Part shown: piece after piece, positions 8,582 to 18,383 of the stretch | Position numbering within the stretch: position 1 is the first letter of the stretch | Layout of the letters: each line of letters starts with the position of its first letter | IMG/VR virus record: IMGVR_UViG_3300047491_000179 | Span: 1-42,027 of that record | DNA: 42,027 nt | Direction: 5' to 3' (one strand) | From: a virus | Lineage: Duplodnaviria > Caudoviricetes | Notes under the pieces: model-generated | What the model was told of the DNA's origin: nothing | The model's database searches: none | Seen by the model: only the letters and a program-made list of their open reading frames with translations | Position numbers and translations under genes: made by a program

Positions 8582-8902
8582 TCATTTGGGTTTTACGTCT
8601 GAGGTTTGTGGTGTAATCATATACGCAGACTGGTTGCTGACAATCGCAATTATCAGATATCGTACCAGCGTTATCGCTCCCTGCTTGTCGCAGGCAAGAT
8701 TGCTCGCGAGTATCCCATAGCATTGCAACATAAATACCACGACGCTCACTAACACGAGTAAGCCTAGCATAATCAACCTTTTTACTTCACCGCTTAGCGA
8801 AGCGTATTTTACTCTTAGGTAAGGGATGTACGAAAAAGCCAGCGATAGCAATACGCCAGCTATCCCTACTATCCACTCAGGCGATACGATAATTTCACTC
8901 AT
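8582..8902 (-). CDS. Putative holin (three hydrophobic segments)
   Basis: Hydrophobic segments; position in the lysis cluster. Confidence 0.65.
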   Translation of the reverse strand: MSEIIVSPEWIVGIAGVLLSLAFSYIPYLRVKYASLSGEVKRLIMLGLLVLVSVVVFMLQCYGILASNLACDKQGAITLVRYLIIAIVSNQSAYMITPQTSDVKPK

Positions 8903-9267
8903 TTTACATTCTCCATTTCTGACGGTGTGCCCTTCAATTCTATAACCTGATTATATAACTTCCCTGAATACGCTTTATAGCGTTTAAGCTCATCTCGTAA
9001 TATTTTTACCTCCGCTTGTAGCAAGACATTCTCGGAACGCAACGCTGTAATCTCTTCTTGAAGTTTGCTGATTTCGCTCCACAGTTTGGCTATTTGCTCC
9101 CTCGCATCCTGCCAATCATCGCTTGCGGATTTTGCGGCGCGCGCGAAAGCTTCAGATGCCTGAGCGTCTAGGTTTGTAGTTTCATGGGTGCTTTTTATAT
9201 AACTCGTCAATAAAGAGCCAACGGCTATAAGCACACCCGCGATACCGGTAATCCCTTCCCAATTCAT
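8899..9267 (-). CDS. Membrane-anchored coiled-coil protein (lysis accessory)
   Basis: N-terminal hydrophobic segment then heptad repeats; start MNWEG with ATGA overlap. Confidence 0.65.
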   Translation of the reverse strand: MNWEGITGIAGVLIAVGSLLTSYIKSTHETTNLDAQASEAFARAAKSASDDWQDAREQIAKLWSEISKLQEEITALRSENVLLQAEVKILRDELKRYKAYSGKLYNQVIELKGTPSEMENVK

Positions 9268-9566
9268 TTTATACGCATCCTGTTCTTGGACTGTATAGCC
9301 CCAGCCGCCATGAAAGCTAATGTAATCATCGCCAAGGGCACAAAGATATACTGCATAATACACGCTCGCCCTGCTATATCCATTACGACATCGTATGCAA
9401 AGCTCAATGCCCATAGCAAACCGCAAAGCCCACTTGCCAATTTATACATCGCCCAAGAATGACGTCTGTTATCTATAGCCTGCACGCATTGCACGTAACA
9501 TACCAGCATACCCACGATTACGATTATCGCTTTTTCGACAAGCATAATCACATGCATAGCGTCCAT
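9264..9566 (-). CDS. Small membrane protein (lysis cluster)
   Basis: Three hydrophobic segments; downstream of the endolysin. Confidence 0.6.
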   Translation of the reverse strand: MDAMHVIMLVEKAIIVIVGMLVCYVQCVQAIDNRRHSWAMYKLASGLCGLLWALSFAYDVVMDIAGRACIMQYIFVPLAMITLAFMAAGAIQSKNRMRIK

Positions 9567-9570
9567 TAGG

Positions 9571-10527
9571 TCATCCTTTCCAATGACTGGCAATCGCCTT
9601 CAACGCTGTTATTTCGGTATCTGTAAACACGTTATACGGCGCGGTCGGAGTGCTAGGTGTAGTCGGCGTAGTAGTTGCATCGCTGGCTATCTGCTCAGGG
9701 GTCATTCTTGCATTCCCGCACCAGCTTTTCATCTGCGCCAACGTCCCGTTGAAGTAATTCAAATCCATCGCAGAATAGGCACCCTTCACCTCGCCGTAAT
9801 GCCCATCGGCCGTATATTTGTCGCCGCTGTATTGCCATATGGTCATAGCACCATTGGACAGCCAAGGGAACGATTTTGTGGCATCCAGCTCTGGTGCAAA
9901 CTTTCCTCTAAAATCAGACCAGCTAGCCTTTTGAACGCCATTGCCTACCCAATCTGGGTCAGAGGGATATCTAGCACCCCACGTAAAGAACCAAGGTTGT
10001 TTGAGCAAATTGTCTATCTTGACCTTCATTGTCGGGCTATGCTCGAAGAACCAATCCGCTGTATAAACCCCGATTTTCAAGTCGGGCCAGATATTGTGCA
10101 ATCTACCTATCAATAGCTCGAAATTGTCGGCTATCTGGGTGGGTGGTATAGCCCCATCTGCCGTCTGCCAAATCTCCACATCTAGGGCAAGGAAGTCAAC
10201 GCTTTTGCCTATTTTAGACCCTAGCGCATATACAAGCGGTGCGATTTGTCTGTCCTTCAGTGGTTGCTTCGGGTCTGGGATAACGGTCGGGTCAAACACC
10301 CAATAAGCCCCGAATACCTTCCCTGTATCATACGCTCCCTGACAATGCGTGGCAAAGGTAGTGTCAATGGCTACCGCTGGGTCTGTGACATTCCGGTATG
10401 TCCAGCCGCCGTGACCAACCCGCGCGATGTAAAAGTCGACATATGGCGCCAACATTTTATAATCCACCACTTTTTGGATACCTGAAATATCAATCCCGAA
10501 GGCATACGTGCTCCATCTATCTGTCAT
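9571..10527 (-). CDS. Endolysin, glycoside hydrolase family 25 muramidase
   Basis: GIDIS, FGAYW, LALDVE, GVYT, IWQYS, MDLNYF. Confidence 0.88.
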   Translation of the reverse strand: MTDRWSTYAFGIDISGIQKVVDYKMLAPYVDFYIARVGHGGWTYRNVTDPAVAIDTTFATHCQGAYDTGKVFGAYWVFDPTVIPDPKQPLKDRQIAPLVYALGSKIGKSVDFLALDVEIWQTADGAIPPTQIADNFELLIGRLHNIWPDLKIGVYTADWFFEHSPTMKVKIDNLLKQPWFFTWGARYPSDPDWVGNGVQKASWSDFRGKFAPELDATKSFPWLSNGAMTIWQYSGDKYTADGHYGEVKGAYSAMDLNYFNGTLAQMKSWCGNARMTPEQIASDATTTPTTPSTPTAPYNVFTDTEITALKAIASHWKG

Positions 10528-10745
10528 TTTACAATCCCTTTCTCATCCAACACTCCAAACCGATACAAAAGAATTCCGCACAGGTCTAACTTTTGCGCTG
10601 TGGTTAACTTGGCGTATTCCTTGCCTTTGTACGTGGCTATAATCTTCTCGGCTTTGGCATCTGCCCCTTTCCTCTTATCTAGAATAATTTGCGCTAGTGC
10701 TCCATCTTGTACTTTGACATTTAGGAAGTCATCAATTCTGGACAT
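10524..10745 (-). CDS. Hypothetical protein
   Basis: 73-aa ORF coupled to neighbours. Confidence 0.6.
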   Translation of the reverse strand: MSRIDDFLNVKVQDGALAQIILDKRKGADAKAEKIIATYKGKEYAKLTTAQKLDLCGILLYRFGVLDEKGIVK

Positions 10746-10968
10746 TTAGCATCTCCATAATAACATCTGACTGTAGTTTTATAATCTCTTGCATCTGAGC
10801 AAGCCGTTCCTCGATTGTAGTGTTTGAGGCTTGCTCCGCTTCCCACGCTCCCATATTCGCTTTTGGCACACGCACAATGCCCGCGCCTGTCTGATATATC
10901 GCCGTCATTGCGCTATCATCTGTACCGTCTGTACCGTTTGCATCGTATCCAATCAATTCATACGTCAT
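10732..10968 (-). CDS. Hypothetical tail-fibre-associated small protein
   Basis: 78-aa ORF after the fibre gene; TIEERL coiled-coil end. Confidence 0.6.
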   Translation of the reverse strand: MTYELIGYDANGTDGTDDSAMTAIYQTGAGIVRVPKANMGAWEAEQASNTTIEERLAQMQEIIKLQSDVIMEMLNVQN

Positions 10969-12914
10969 GGAGTGCTCCTCTTATACTCACTCGTATCATA
11001 ATGAGCTATATATATAACGTCCCCTCGATAACCTGCTGAACTTGCATTCTTTGAACTTGCCCTGATAATCACTTCATGTACACCATCAAAACTTAATGTG
11101 AACGCAAAATTCCATGCTACATTATAAGTGCTAGCTGATGAATATGTGTCTTTAGTAGAAGCCAGCGCCCCGTCTACGTAGAAATCTAGTATACCTCCGC
11201 TTGATGATGTAATCCATGAGCCTTCCACCCCCCATAAACCAGCCTGAGCCGCGAATGTGTACTTATAGCTTTCTCCGATTGCGCTAATGATTCTCCAATA
11301 TGTGTTATATCTACATAGAGGTTCCACGAACGCAGCCCAAGAGCCCACGAAATTGCATATCATGTTATCGCCAGCATACGTGAATCTCGACTTCGTTGCG
11401 TTGACCTGCGGTATTGTATCGGCTAGGCCCAGATTGGCGTCAGATATGTTTATCGTCAATGTCGTTGTAGGGGAGTTGCTTGCTATAGTACCAGCATAAT
11501 AATAAATAGCCCCCCCCGCCGTAGTCATATAAACCCTTCTGCGTATGTATGTCGTTCTATCCCCGCCTGAGCCAAACGTGCAAGGCAAACATGCGACCGA
11601 TATTTGTTTATGTGTAGCGTCTACAGTCACAGTTGCGGGCGGGCTTCCGAGCGTAGTGCCATACTGGTCTTCAAACACAAAGGCCACGCTGTGTACACCG
11701 TTGGTGCAATTGCCCGTGCTCGTTGCAATTTGGCTAACAGTAGGCATGTAATATGGTCTAGTTAACTGATACTGTGCCTGCACAGCATAGTCATTAGGCT
11801 TATTCCCTAACACCGTGCTCGAATTCACTGTCAAAGATGGCATAATGTTCACACCGCTCTGTGACATCTTAATCTGAGCAAACGTGTTGGGATTTCTGAC
11901 AGACACGGCATCAATAGCGATTACAGAACCTTGCTGAGTATCACCGCCTATGTAATTCCCAAGACAGTAAAAGTATATGGTTGCGGCATTTGCGCCTGTA
12001 GGGGCTAAATATGTTCCGAGTACATGCGTCCAAGGTCTCGGTACGGTCAAATACGTTTCCACGTTTTGAGTACCAAGCGAAGACCCGCCGACTAAGGCGG
12101 TAAACCATTCTATCACCACAGTAACAGATGGGTATGGCGTGCTCATCCTTATATATGCCTCGGCTTGATAATATGACCCTGCCGTAACAGCAAACCTGTT
12201 AGATGTCAGTTGCCCAATACACGTATTGTACGCTTCATCAAGCAATGGATTTGTAGGTACAACTGTCATCTGGAAAGAATACACCCCTTCGTACGGATTG
12301 GTTGTAGTTACGCCCCATGATGTTTTGGTGCTCGTTGCTGTCCATCCTGTCAGGTTGCCTGTTTCTGCGTCGCCGTTTGTTATAAGGTTGCCGTGAGATG
12401 GCGATAGCTCAGTGTAATTTATATCGAAATCATCATGCCCGCTTTGTGGCGACAAGGTCAATTCCGCTGTATCTACGTATCCAGTAGAGCCGTTCAAATC
12501 TGTATGCAAAACACTGTATTCGGTGCCGTGTACCGTAATACCGTCTGTGTCCATCGTCATAGATCCACCTGCAAACAGTGCTTTCCCTGTCGTTGCATCC
12601 AGCCCAAATTCCAAAGCTCCAGAACTCAGCCCCCCGATGTTTACGTTTTGGTTTGATATCGTTTCCCCTTCTGCGCTCATAAATACGCCAGTTGCGTTGG
12701 GGTCTGTAGGGTCGTCTCCCGAAGTTAGTGCTATAAATCTGCCAGCCCTGACATCACCCAAATCATTCGTGACTTCATCCAAAGCATTGAACGCGGTTTC
12801 TTGCTGTGCAAGGGTGTTTACTGCTTTTTGATTGTCTGCTTGCGTTGTCAAAAAATTGTTTCTAACAGCTTTTTTGGCAAGCATGTTATGCAGAACTGAC
12901 GCCATGTCCATCAT
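10965..12914 (-). CDS. Tail fibre / receptor-binding protein with carbohydrate-binding-module-like domains
   Basis: NLITNGDAETGNLTGW CBM-like start; beta-rich; start MMDM at 12914 after AGGAGGT. Confidence 0.7.
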   Translation of the reverse strand: MMDMASVLHNMLAKKAVRNNFLTTQADNQKAVNTLAQQETAFNALDEVTNDLGDVRAGRFIALTSGDDPTDPNATGVFMSAEGETISNQNVNIGGLSSGALEFGLDATTGKALFAGGSMTMDTDGITVHGTEYSVLHTDLNGSTGYVDTAELTLSPQSGHDDFDINYTELSPSHGNLITNGDAETGNLTGWTATSTKTSWGVTTTNPYEGVYSFQMTVVPTNPLLDEAYNTCIGQLTSNRFAVTAGSYYQAEAYIRMSTPYPSVTVVIEWFTALVGGSSLGTQNVETYLTVPRPWTHVLGTYLAPTGANAATIYFYCLGNYIGGDTQQGSVIAIDAVSVRNPNTFAQIKMSQSGVNIMPSLTVNSSTVLGNKPNDYAVQAQYQLTRPYYMPTVSQIATSTGNCTNGVHSVAFVFEDQYGTTLGSPPATVTVDATHKQISVACLPCTFGSGGDRTTYIRRRVYMTTAGGAIYYYAGTIASNSPTTTLTINISDANLGLADTIPQVNATKSRFTYAGDNMICNFVGSWAAFVEPLCRYNTYWRIISAIGESYKYTFAAQAGLWGVEGSWITSSSGGILDFYVDGALASTKDTYSSASTYNVAWNFAFTLSFDGVHEVIIRASSKNASSAGYRGDVIYIAHYDTSEYKRSTP

Positions 12915-13942
12915 CGCACCTCCTGAGCGACTAGAGCCATCTTTCCCGCCATTTCGTTGACGGACATGCCCACAATTCGTATCATGTTGGTCATAGCTCC
13001 CTCCCCGTAAAATCTGCCCCATGTATAACGAGCCGTTACAGTATCGCCTAGTCTAATCTTTCCCCACAATGAAGACCTGTTGTCCACCGTCACGCTAAAG
13101 GTTTTGGGAGGCGTGAGATACCCATACAATTTGGCATTGGCGTAATTTTGTACGGTAGTTTGGTCGTTTCCATCTACATTTACCACGGATTGATGCGGCC
13201 CATATAACGTCATCGAGCTGGTATCCATCGCTGTATACCTCACTTTGGTGTCCCACGTTGTCGCATTTCCTACGCCCTGCACGTGGTTGTAAAACGGGCT
13301 TTGCTCTTCTATCCCGTTTGTTTCGACTAACTCGGAGTTGGTTTCGTCTATCTCATAATCTGTTCTGATACTCCCTTTGCGAGCATACCAATTGGCGGCT
13401 AGTTGCAAATTGTTTGTTGCACTAAGTGTTGGCGTGATGTCATAATCGCACCCGTAATTATCCGATAATCTGCTTATCTCGTCAAATATGTTGACGCATC
13501 CTATAGAATTCACGTGACCAGTATCCCCGTAATTTATAACCCCTTTGGCTATTTGTGTCCCGCCTTGCTGATTAGCATAGTCCACCAGAGCAGTATAAAA
13601 ATACGCCACGCTACCGCTAAGCTCGACAGGGTTTTGGGTGCACCGCAATTTCCAAATATACTCTGCCGTGTATGCCGTCACCGTAATAGTCCCATAGTTT
13701 CTGCCCCTAGGCGGGTCTATAACGCCTACCCAATCAGGCATGCCCGCTGAACGTACGTATAACAGATTGCCATATCGCAGGTTGGTTTCTGTGCATTTCG
13801 GATTGCTGGACGCTATTGTGAATGTGCATTGTCCGACATCATCAAGTAACCAGCTTCGTGTAACCTCAACGTCCAAATCAGCCAACGCGACGCCGTATTG
13901 GTCGTATGCCATAACGCTAAGCTGTGGTACGGTCGCTGTCAT
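12911..13942 (-). CDS. Siphovirus baseplate hub / minor tail protein
   Basis: Position after the Dit-like gene; GQCTFTI, WVGVI, IRLGDTV. Confidence 0.7.
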   Translation of the reverse strand: MTATVPQLSVMAYDQYGVALADLDVEVTRSWLLDDVGQCTFTIASSNPKCTETNLRYGNLLYVRSAGMPDWVGVIDPPRGRNYGTITVTAYTAEYIWKLRCTQNPVELSGSVAYFYTALVDYANQQGGTQIAKGVINYGDTGHVNSIGCVNIFDEISRLSDNYGCDYDITPTLSATNNLQLAANWYARKGSIRTDYEIDETNSELVETNGIEEQSPFYNHVQGVGNATTWDTKVRYTAMDTSSMTLYGPHQSVVNVDGNDQTTVQNYANAKLYGYLTPPKTFSVTVDNRSSLWGKIRLGDTVTARYTWGRFYGEGAMTNMIRIVGMSVNEMAGKMALVAQEVR

Positions 13943-15846
13943 GGGTTTCTATCCTGCCATTTCGTGACGAATGTCACCCCGCCTACGCCTGCCGTCTGGG
14001 TATAAGATAGTTGATTTGTTGCGGATGGTAGCAAATCTAGCCATTGCACCCGCACAGATGACATCGCCATAGACGATAGCACAGATTGCCCGTTTATCGT
14101 CACTGTCCTGTTCACCGTATCTATCATCAGCGTTTGGTTCAGATACATCGGATATGCAATAGTGACATAATCTCCGGTAGTGACATTCATGATTTTAGCA
14201 TTTATCGGATAAAACGTTGCGCCGACTTCTGCGCCAACGGTAACCGTAGGCGAAGTGCTAGAACTCAATGCCAGCGTGGCAGTATCTATTTCGTAGTACG
14301 CTTGCAGGTATTGATATGCCGTTGCGCTTCCCGCAAATATCGCCCGCACAGTCTTAGGCGAACCGCTGGTCGCGACACCCGCATGCGTGAACGCTGTCCA
14401 TGTGCTCAATGCTGGCGCGGTTTCAGTCCATGCCGTCACATAGTTGACATTGTCTGTGGTATATTGCATTGACGCTGTCGCCAACCAATACTTACTCATC
14501 CATTTCTGCCCCGTCATAGAAACAGAATCAATCCCAGACGGGTTAGTTATGCTCCATATCAGAGTAGCATTGTCCGATTTCCATCGCCCAGATACCTTGG
14601 GTTCGACGTATGCCATCCCCATAGCAGTAGAATAGTCGGCTACGGTATTTTGTAACCCTGTATACGTAGTAGACGATTTTAGAGATGATATCACCGATGG
14701 CGTCCATTGCCCCATCATGTTGCGGTTAGACAAGCTGAAGAAGTTGGCGTATACCCACGATGTATTAGTCGACGTTGCCGTGTTGAATATCGGCATATAC
14801 GTGTTATCCAATGTGGGCGCAGACGCCGTGGATAGCCCGTACTTCATATACAAATCGTGCTGAATCCATTTCGCAGTTTCACCAGCGGTATGACCCACCG
14901 CTGTGGTGCCTTTTTGCCCTCGTGCCACTATCGGCAATGTCATCGTCGGCACATCTGGCGTTCCGCATATCATTATCTCGGTTCCCATCATAACCAGCGC
15001 GCCAGACGGCAATCTACTCAAATCACCGCTGACGCTTATGGTCGTCGGTAATAAACCGATTGACGTCGTTGTCATTGTCAACTCCAGCTTTGGGGCAAGC
15101 GAGATATTCATCCATGCCCTAGTCGCTGTGGTGTTCATCGCCCCCAGCCATCTTGTGGCTTCTGTGCCGTCTAAAACCATGCGTAGGTCGTTGCCACTCG
15201 CAAGCATTTTGCCCGCTGTGACCAAGGCCGCAGTATCGAACCCCGTCCCTAATACGTTTAGCGGGTAATTCGTAAAATTCACAGACGTGTTATTAAATAT
15301 CGCTATAAATCTGTTGTATAAATACGACCCGGGTGCGAGTGAAGTAGGCGTTATCTCAAATACAGGTTGTGCGTTTGCGTTTCCTATTGTCGTGATGTTG
15401 TGTGTAGATGTGGGTAATGTGATGCTCCATGTGTCTGTATTCTGAGTAACCGTATACCACCAATCATCCTCAATGTATAAGCTGAACGTTGTGGATGCCC
15501 CAGATATATCTGGATGCGCTATAGCCGTGGCGTATACCTGCCATTGTCTATCGCTATCAGATACATCTTTCACCACCAGTAAATGCGGCGTTTGGTCTCT
15601 TGGTGAAAACAGCTTTTTCAGCGCATCTAACTGAGTCGCTATCACTCCCCGCATAATAATCGTTATCGGCACAATTTTAGCGTTGACCTTTTTCGCCGCA
15701 TAATCAGGCGGTAAAAATGCCCTCTCCACCGCCACAGCTTCAGCGCTCCCAGCAAGTGCGATTGATTGAGTTTGTGGGAAATACGCACTATACGTTGCCC
15801 CGTCATTTATCAGTACACCATTGTAAGACACCGGGACTATGTTCAT
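13939..15846 (-). CDS. Distal-tail-like protein with a large insertion
   Basis: Dit-like termini (GNANAQPVFEI; LMIDTVNRTVTING...WLDLLP..TN); directly after the tape measure gene. Confidence 0.65.
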   Translation of the reverse strand: MNIVPVSYNGVLINDGATYSAYFPQTQSIALAGSAEAVAVERAFLPPDYAAKKVNAKIVPITIIMRGVIATQLDALKKLFSPRDQTPHLLVVKDVSDSDRQWQVYATAIAHPDISGASTTFSLYIEDDWWYTVTQNTDTWSITLPTSTHNITTIGNANAQPVFEITPTSLAPGSYLYNRFIAIFNNTSVNFTNYPLNVLGTGFDTAALVTAGKMLASGNDLRMVLDGTEATRWLGAMNTTATRAWMNISLAPKLELTMTTTSIGLLPTTISVSGDLSRLPSGALVMMGTEIMICGTPDVPTMTLPIVARGQKGTTAVGHTAGETAKWIQHDLYMKYGLSTASAPTLDNTYMPIFNTATSTNTSWVYANFFSLSNRNMMGQWTPSVISSLKSSTTYTGLQNTVADYSTAMGMAYVEPKVSGRWKSDNATLIWSITNPSGIDSVSMTGQKWMSKYWLATASMQYTTDNVNYVTAWTETAPALSTWTAFTHAGVATSGSPKTVRAIFAGSATAYQYLQAYYEIDTATLALSSSTSPTVTVGAEVGATFYPINAKIMNVTTGDYVTIAYPMYLNQTLMIDTVNRTVTINGQSVLSSMAMSSVRVQWLDLLPSATNQLSYTQTAGVGGVTFVTKWQDRNP

Positions 15847-17696
15847 TGTACCTGTATCCTTCTGGCTTGCCTAAGCAAACTGGTCAAATCGCTATCAGGG
15901 CTTGCGTATATGTTAACTATCCCGTGATTTCTAAAACTGTTGTCTGCGCTTGATATCCCGCTTGTCGCCCCAACATACGCCAACCCAGAACTCGATTGCA
16001 TTACAGCGTTTAGCGGTAGCGTCATCCCGTCTGTGATGCCCTTCTCCCACCCCCTCATCATATTGACGCCGATATTCATGAACACCTTAGACGGAGAGCT
16101 AATGCCGAGTATCGCTTTTACTGCGTCTATAATGCTTGACGCATACCCTTTGATTTTAGCTATCACGCTAACTATAGCAGTTTCGGCACCCTTACCCAAA
16201 CCCGTAATCAAATCCTTCCCAGCCTTGATGAAGTTGGCGATGTAAACCACTATCGCGCCGACAATATTGTCTAAGCTCTTGGACACTATAGTTTTGAGCG
16301 CGTTGAAGTTGCTCACCCAAACTCCAGTAAACGCCTTGAGATTAGTGCCAACTATAGATAACGCCATATTCATAAATGCCGTCAATGCTCCCCCTATAGT
16401 CAGCCAGACGCCTTTGAGCATGTTGACAATAGCATCCCACGCCCCTTGCCAATCGCCTTTTATGACAGCAGACACAACATTTATGATGCCCTGCACGATT
16501 TTCATTCCAGCAGTAATCACACCTGATATGATAGCCATTGCGCCACCTATCACAGCGACTATCGTCCTGAACATGAAGTTGACCACCGCCATGATTTCTT
16601 CGCCGTGCTTAGCCCATATATCAGCGATTGTTTTTATTACCGTGGATATGTTCCCGATAATCGTAGGCCCAACAGCCGAGAACGCACCCTGCAAGAACGC
16701 CCACATATCAGCACCATATTGTTTTATGCGCGGCATGGTGGATTGTATAACCATAAACAAACCGCTCAAGGCATCCACGATAGGCTGAATAAATTCCACA
16801 ACTCCGCTAAATACAGAGCTAAAATCAGCCTTCCCTATAGAACTTATCCATCCTGCAAACTGCTCTCCAGCTTTTTCTATGTACGGTATGAGCGGAACGA
16901 TGACTTTGTCCATCAACTTAGTCAGCACAGGCAACAGAGCCAGACCTATCGTTTCCTGCACTTCGCCCATGCGGTTCTTCAAGATTTCCATCTGCCCAGA
17001 AAACGTTTTGCCAGCGGCTACGGCGCTTCCCCCGAATTCGGTTTTTAATTCCCCCATTATAAGAGCTTGTGCATCAGCCACCCTACCCGATTCGACCATC
17101 GACTTAATCATGTCCCTTTGCGCATCTGTGAAGTTCACGCCCACACGCTTCAGCGCGGTCACTCCTTCAACTGGGTCTTGCAACGCTTTGCCCAATTGAA
17201 TAGACGACGATTTCAAATCCTGCCCCAAAGCCTGCGACATGTTGAGCACCGTTTCAGTGGCTGCTGGGAACACGTCTTTTTTAATGTTCGTAAATGTCAG
17301 TAACATATCTTCGGCAGATAATGTCTGCTCTTTTGAAAACTTTGTGGTCTTCTGAAAACCTTCTGCCAGCTTTATGGCTTCTTCTGCCGTAACCCCAGCG
17401 GCACCCCCAGTAGACTTTATGACAGCGTTAAGCTGTGCAACCTCGTTCTGGCTTTTTGTGGCGGCGTCAATAAATTCCTTGCCAAACTCCACCGCTTTTT
17501 GAGCCGCGAGCTCCACCCCTTTTACTATCAGGTTGCCCCAAACAAACGACATTGCAGAACCCAGCGTAGATGTCGCTCCCTCTACGCCTCTGGTTTTGGT
17601 TTCCAGCCCGCCTATAGTTTTTCCAAGCCCTTCAATTTTGGCAGTACCGTCACCACCCACTTTTATAACACCGACAACGGTAAAATCCTCAGCCAT
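15843..17696 (-). CDS. Tail tape measure protein
   Basis: QLGKALQDPVEGVTALKRVGV; amphipathic W/F repeats; GISSPSKVF. Confidence 0.92.
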   Translation of the reverse strand: MAEDFTVVGVIKVGGDGTAKIEGLGKTIGGLETKTRGVEGATSTLGSAMSFVWGNLIVKGVELAAQKAVEFGKEFIDAATKSQNEVAQLNAVIKSTGGAAGVTAEEAIKLAEGFQKTTKFSKEQTLSAEDMLLTFTNIKKDVFPAATETVLNMSQALGQDLKSSSIQLGKALQDPVEGVTALKRVGVNFTDAQRDMIKSMVESGRVADAQALIMGELKTEFGGSAVAAGKTFSGQMEILKNRMGEVQETIGLALLPVLTKLMDKVIVPLIPYIEKAGEQFAGWISSIGKADFSSVFSGVVEFIQPIVDALSGLFMVIQSTMPRIKQYGADMWAFLQGAFSAVGPTIIGNISTVIKTIADIWAKHGEEIMAVVNFMFRTIVAVIGGAMAIISGVITAGMKIVQGIINVVSAVIKGDWQGAWDAIVNMLKGVWLTIGGALTAFMNMALSIVGTNLKAFTGVWVSNFNALKTIVSKSLDNIVGAIVVYIANFIKAGKDLITGLGKGAETAIVSVIAKIKGYASSIIDAVKAILGISSPSKVFMNIGVNMMRGWEKGITDGMTLPLNAVMQSSSGLAYVGATSGISSADNSFRNHGIVNIYASPDSDLTSLLRQARRIQVQ

Positions 17697-17898
17697 GTTT
17701 CAAACCTTCCCGCTGATTCTCAGCCACATTGAGCATGATAGCGTCATACATTTCATCTACCTCTATTCCCACGCTGACGCCGTATTTTAGCCAAAGCATC
17801 TGTTTTATCTTCAACGCCACCGCCCAATCAGGTAGTTTGTCGGTTTGCCCGTAGGCATAAAGGTCTAACTCTATGCCTCGGGCGTTGACACGTTTTTT
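17689..17898 (-). CDS. Tail assembly chaperone -1 frameshift extension (gpGT-like)
   Basis: Open -1 frame beginning at slippery A AAA AAC. Confidence 0.7.
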   Translation of the reverse strand, partial: KKRVNARGIELDLYAYGQTDKLPDWAVALKIKQMLWLKYGVSVGIEVDEMYDAIMLNVAENQREGLKHG

Positions 17899-18224
17899 GA
17901 TGTTAGCTGGTTCATCGCAGTCAGAATAGCCATGCCATCCCACAAATCATACGATTTCAATTCCTCCACACTCACAGAACACATAGACGCAAGTAGCGGA
18001 TATATGCTGTCCATCGCTTCTGCGGGTATGCTTGTCGGTAAGCCTATGATGCCTTCCTCAGCCATAGCGACGTTATCAAACGCTTTGCTTAGCGCAGTCA
18101 TGGCACCCAACGAATTTATAAACAAACCCATGTCTTTGGTTTGCGGAGCGTGTACTGTCACAACCTCGCCTGTGGTCAGAGTGACTTCAATCGCTGGTAT
18201 CTTTTTGGGATTCGGGCTTTCCAT
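17871..18224 (-). CDS. Tail assembly chaperone (gpG-like)
   Basis: Between tail tube and tape measure genes; ends at the slippery site. Confidence 0.75.
   Translation of the reverse strand: MESPNPKKIPAIEVTLTTGEVVTVHAPQTKDMGLFINSLGAMTALSKAFDNVAMAEEGIIGLPTSIPAEAMDSIYPLLASMCSVSVEELKSYDLWDGMAILTAMNQLTSKNVSTPEA
17892..17898 (-). other. Programmed -1 frameshift heptamer AAAAAAC
   Basis: TCA AAA AAC in frame 0; -1 frame continues KRVNARG. Confidence 0.75.
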
Positions 18225-18372
18225 TTTGCGGTTCCTTTTTGTATACGCCTTGCTTGACGGCTTTCTCCAACAAGTCGATTTGCTCTTGCGTCATATACGC
18301 CGTGTCCAAATCTTTCGCTGGCAAGCCTGCATAATAAATACGACTATTCTTATCGTAAATGTATGTAGCCAT
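18187..18372 (-). CDS. Small tail-region protein (GLPAKDL motif)
   Basis: RBS GGAGG; similar to 19859-20173. Confidence 0.65.
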   Translation of the reverse strand: MATYIYDKNSRIYYAGLPAKDLDTAYMTQEQIDLLEKAVKQGVYKKEPQNGKPESQKDTSD

Positions 18373-18383
18373 TTATCCTCCGG

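Noticed and set aside
8582-10527. Host assignment (lysis genes reminiscent of Chloroflexota/Anaerolineae phages)
   Set aside because: An impression only; it needs homology or spacer matching that I cannot run.
10965-12914. Possible DGR target or phase-variable G8 run (about 11510-11517) in the tail fibre
   Set aside because: No reverse transcriptase or template repeat seen; the run simply encodes Ala-Gly-Gly-Ala in frame.
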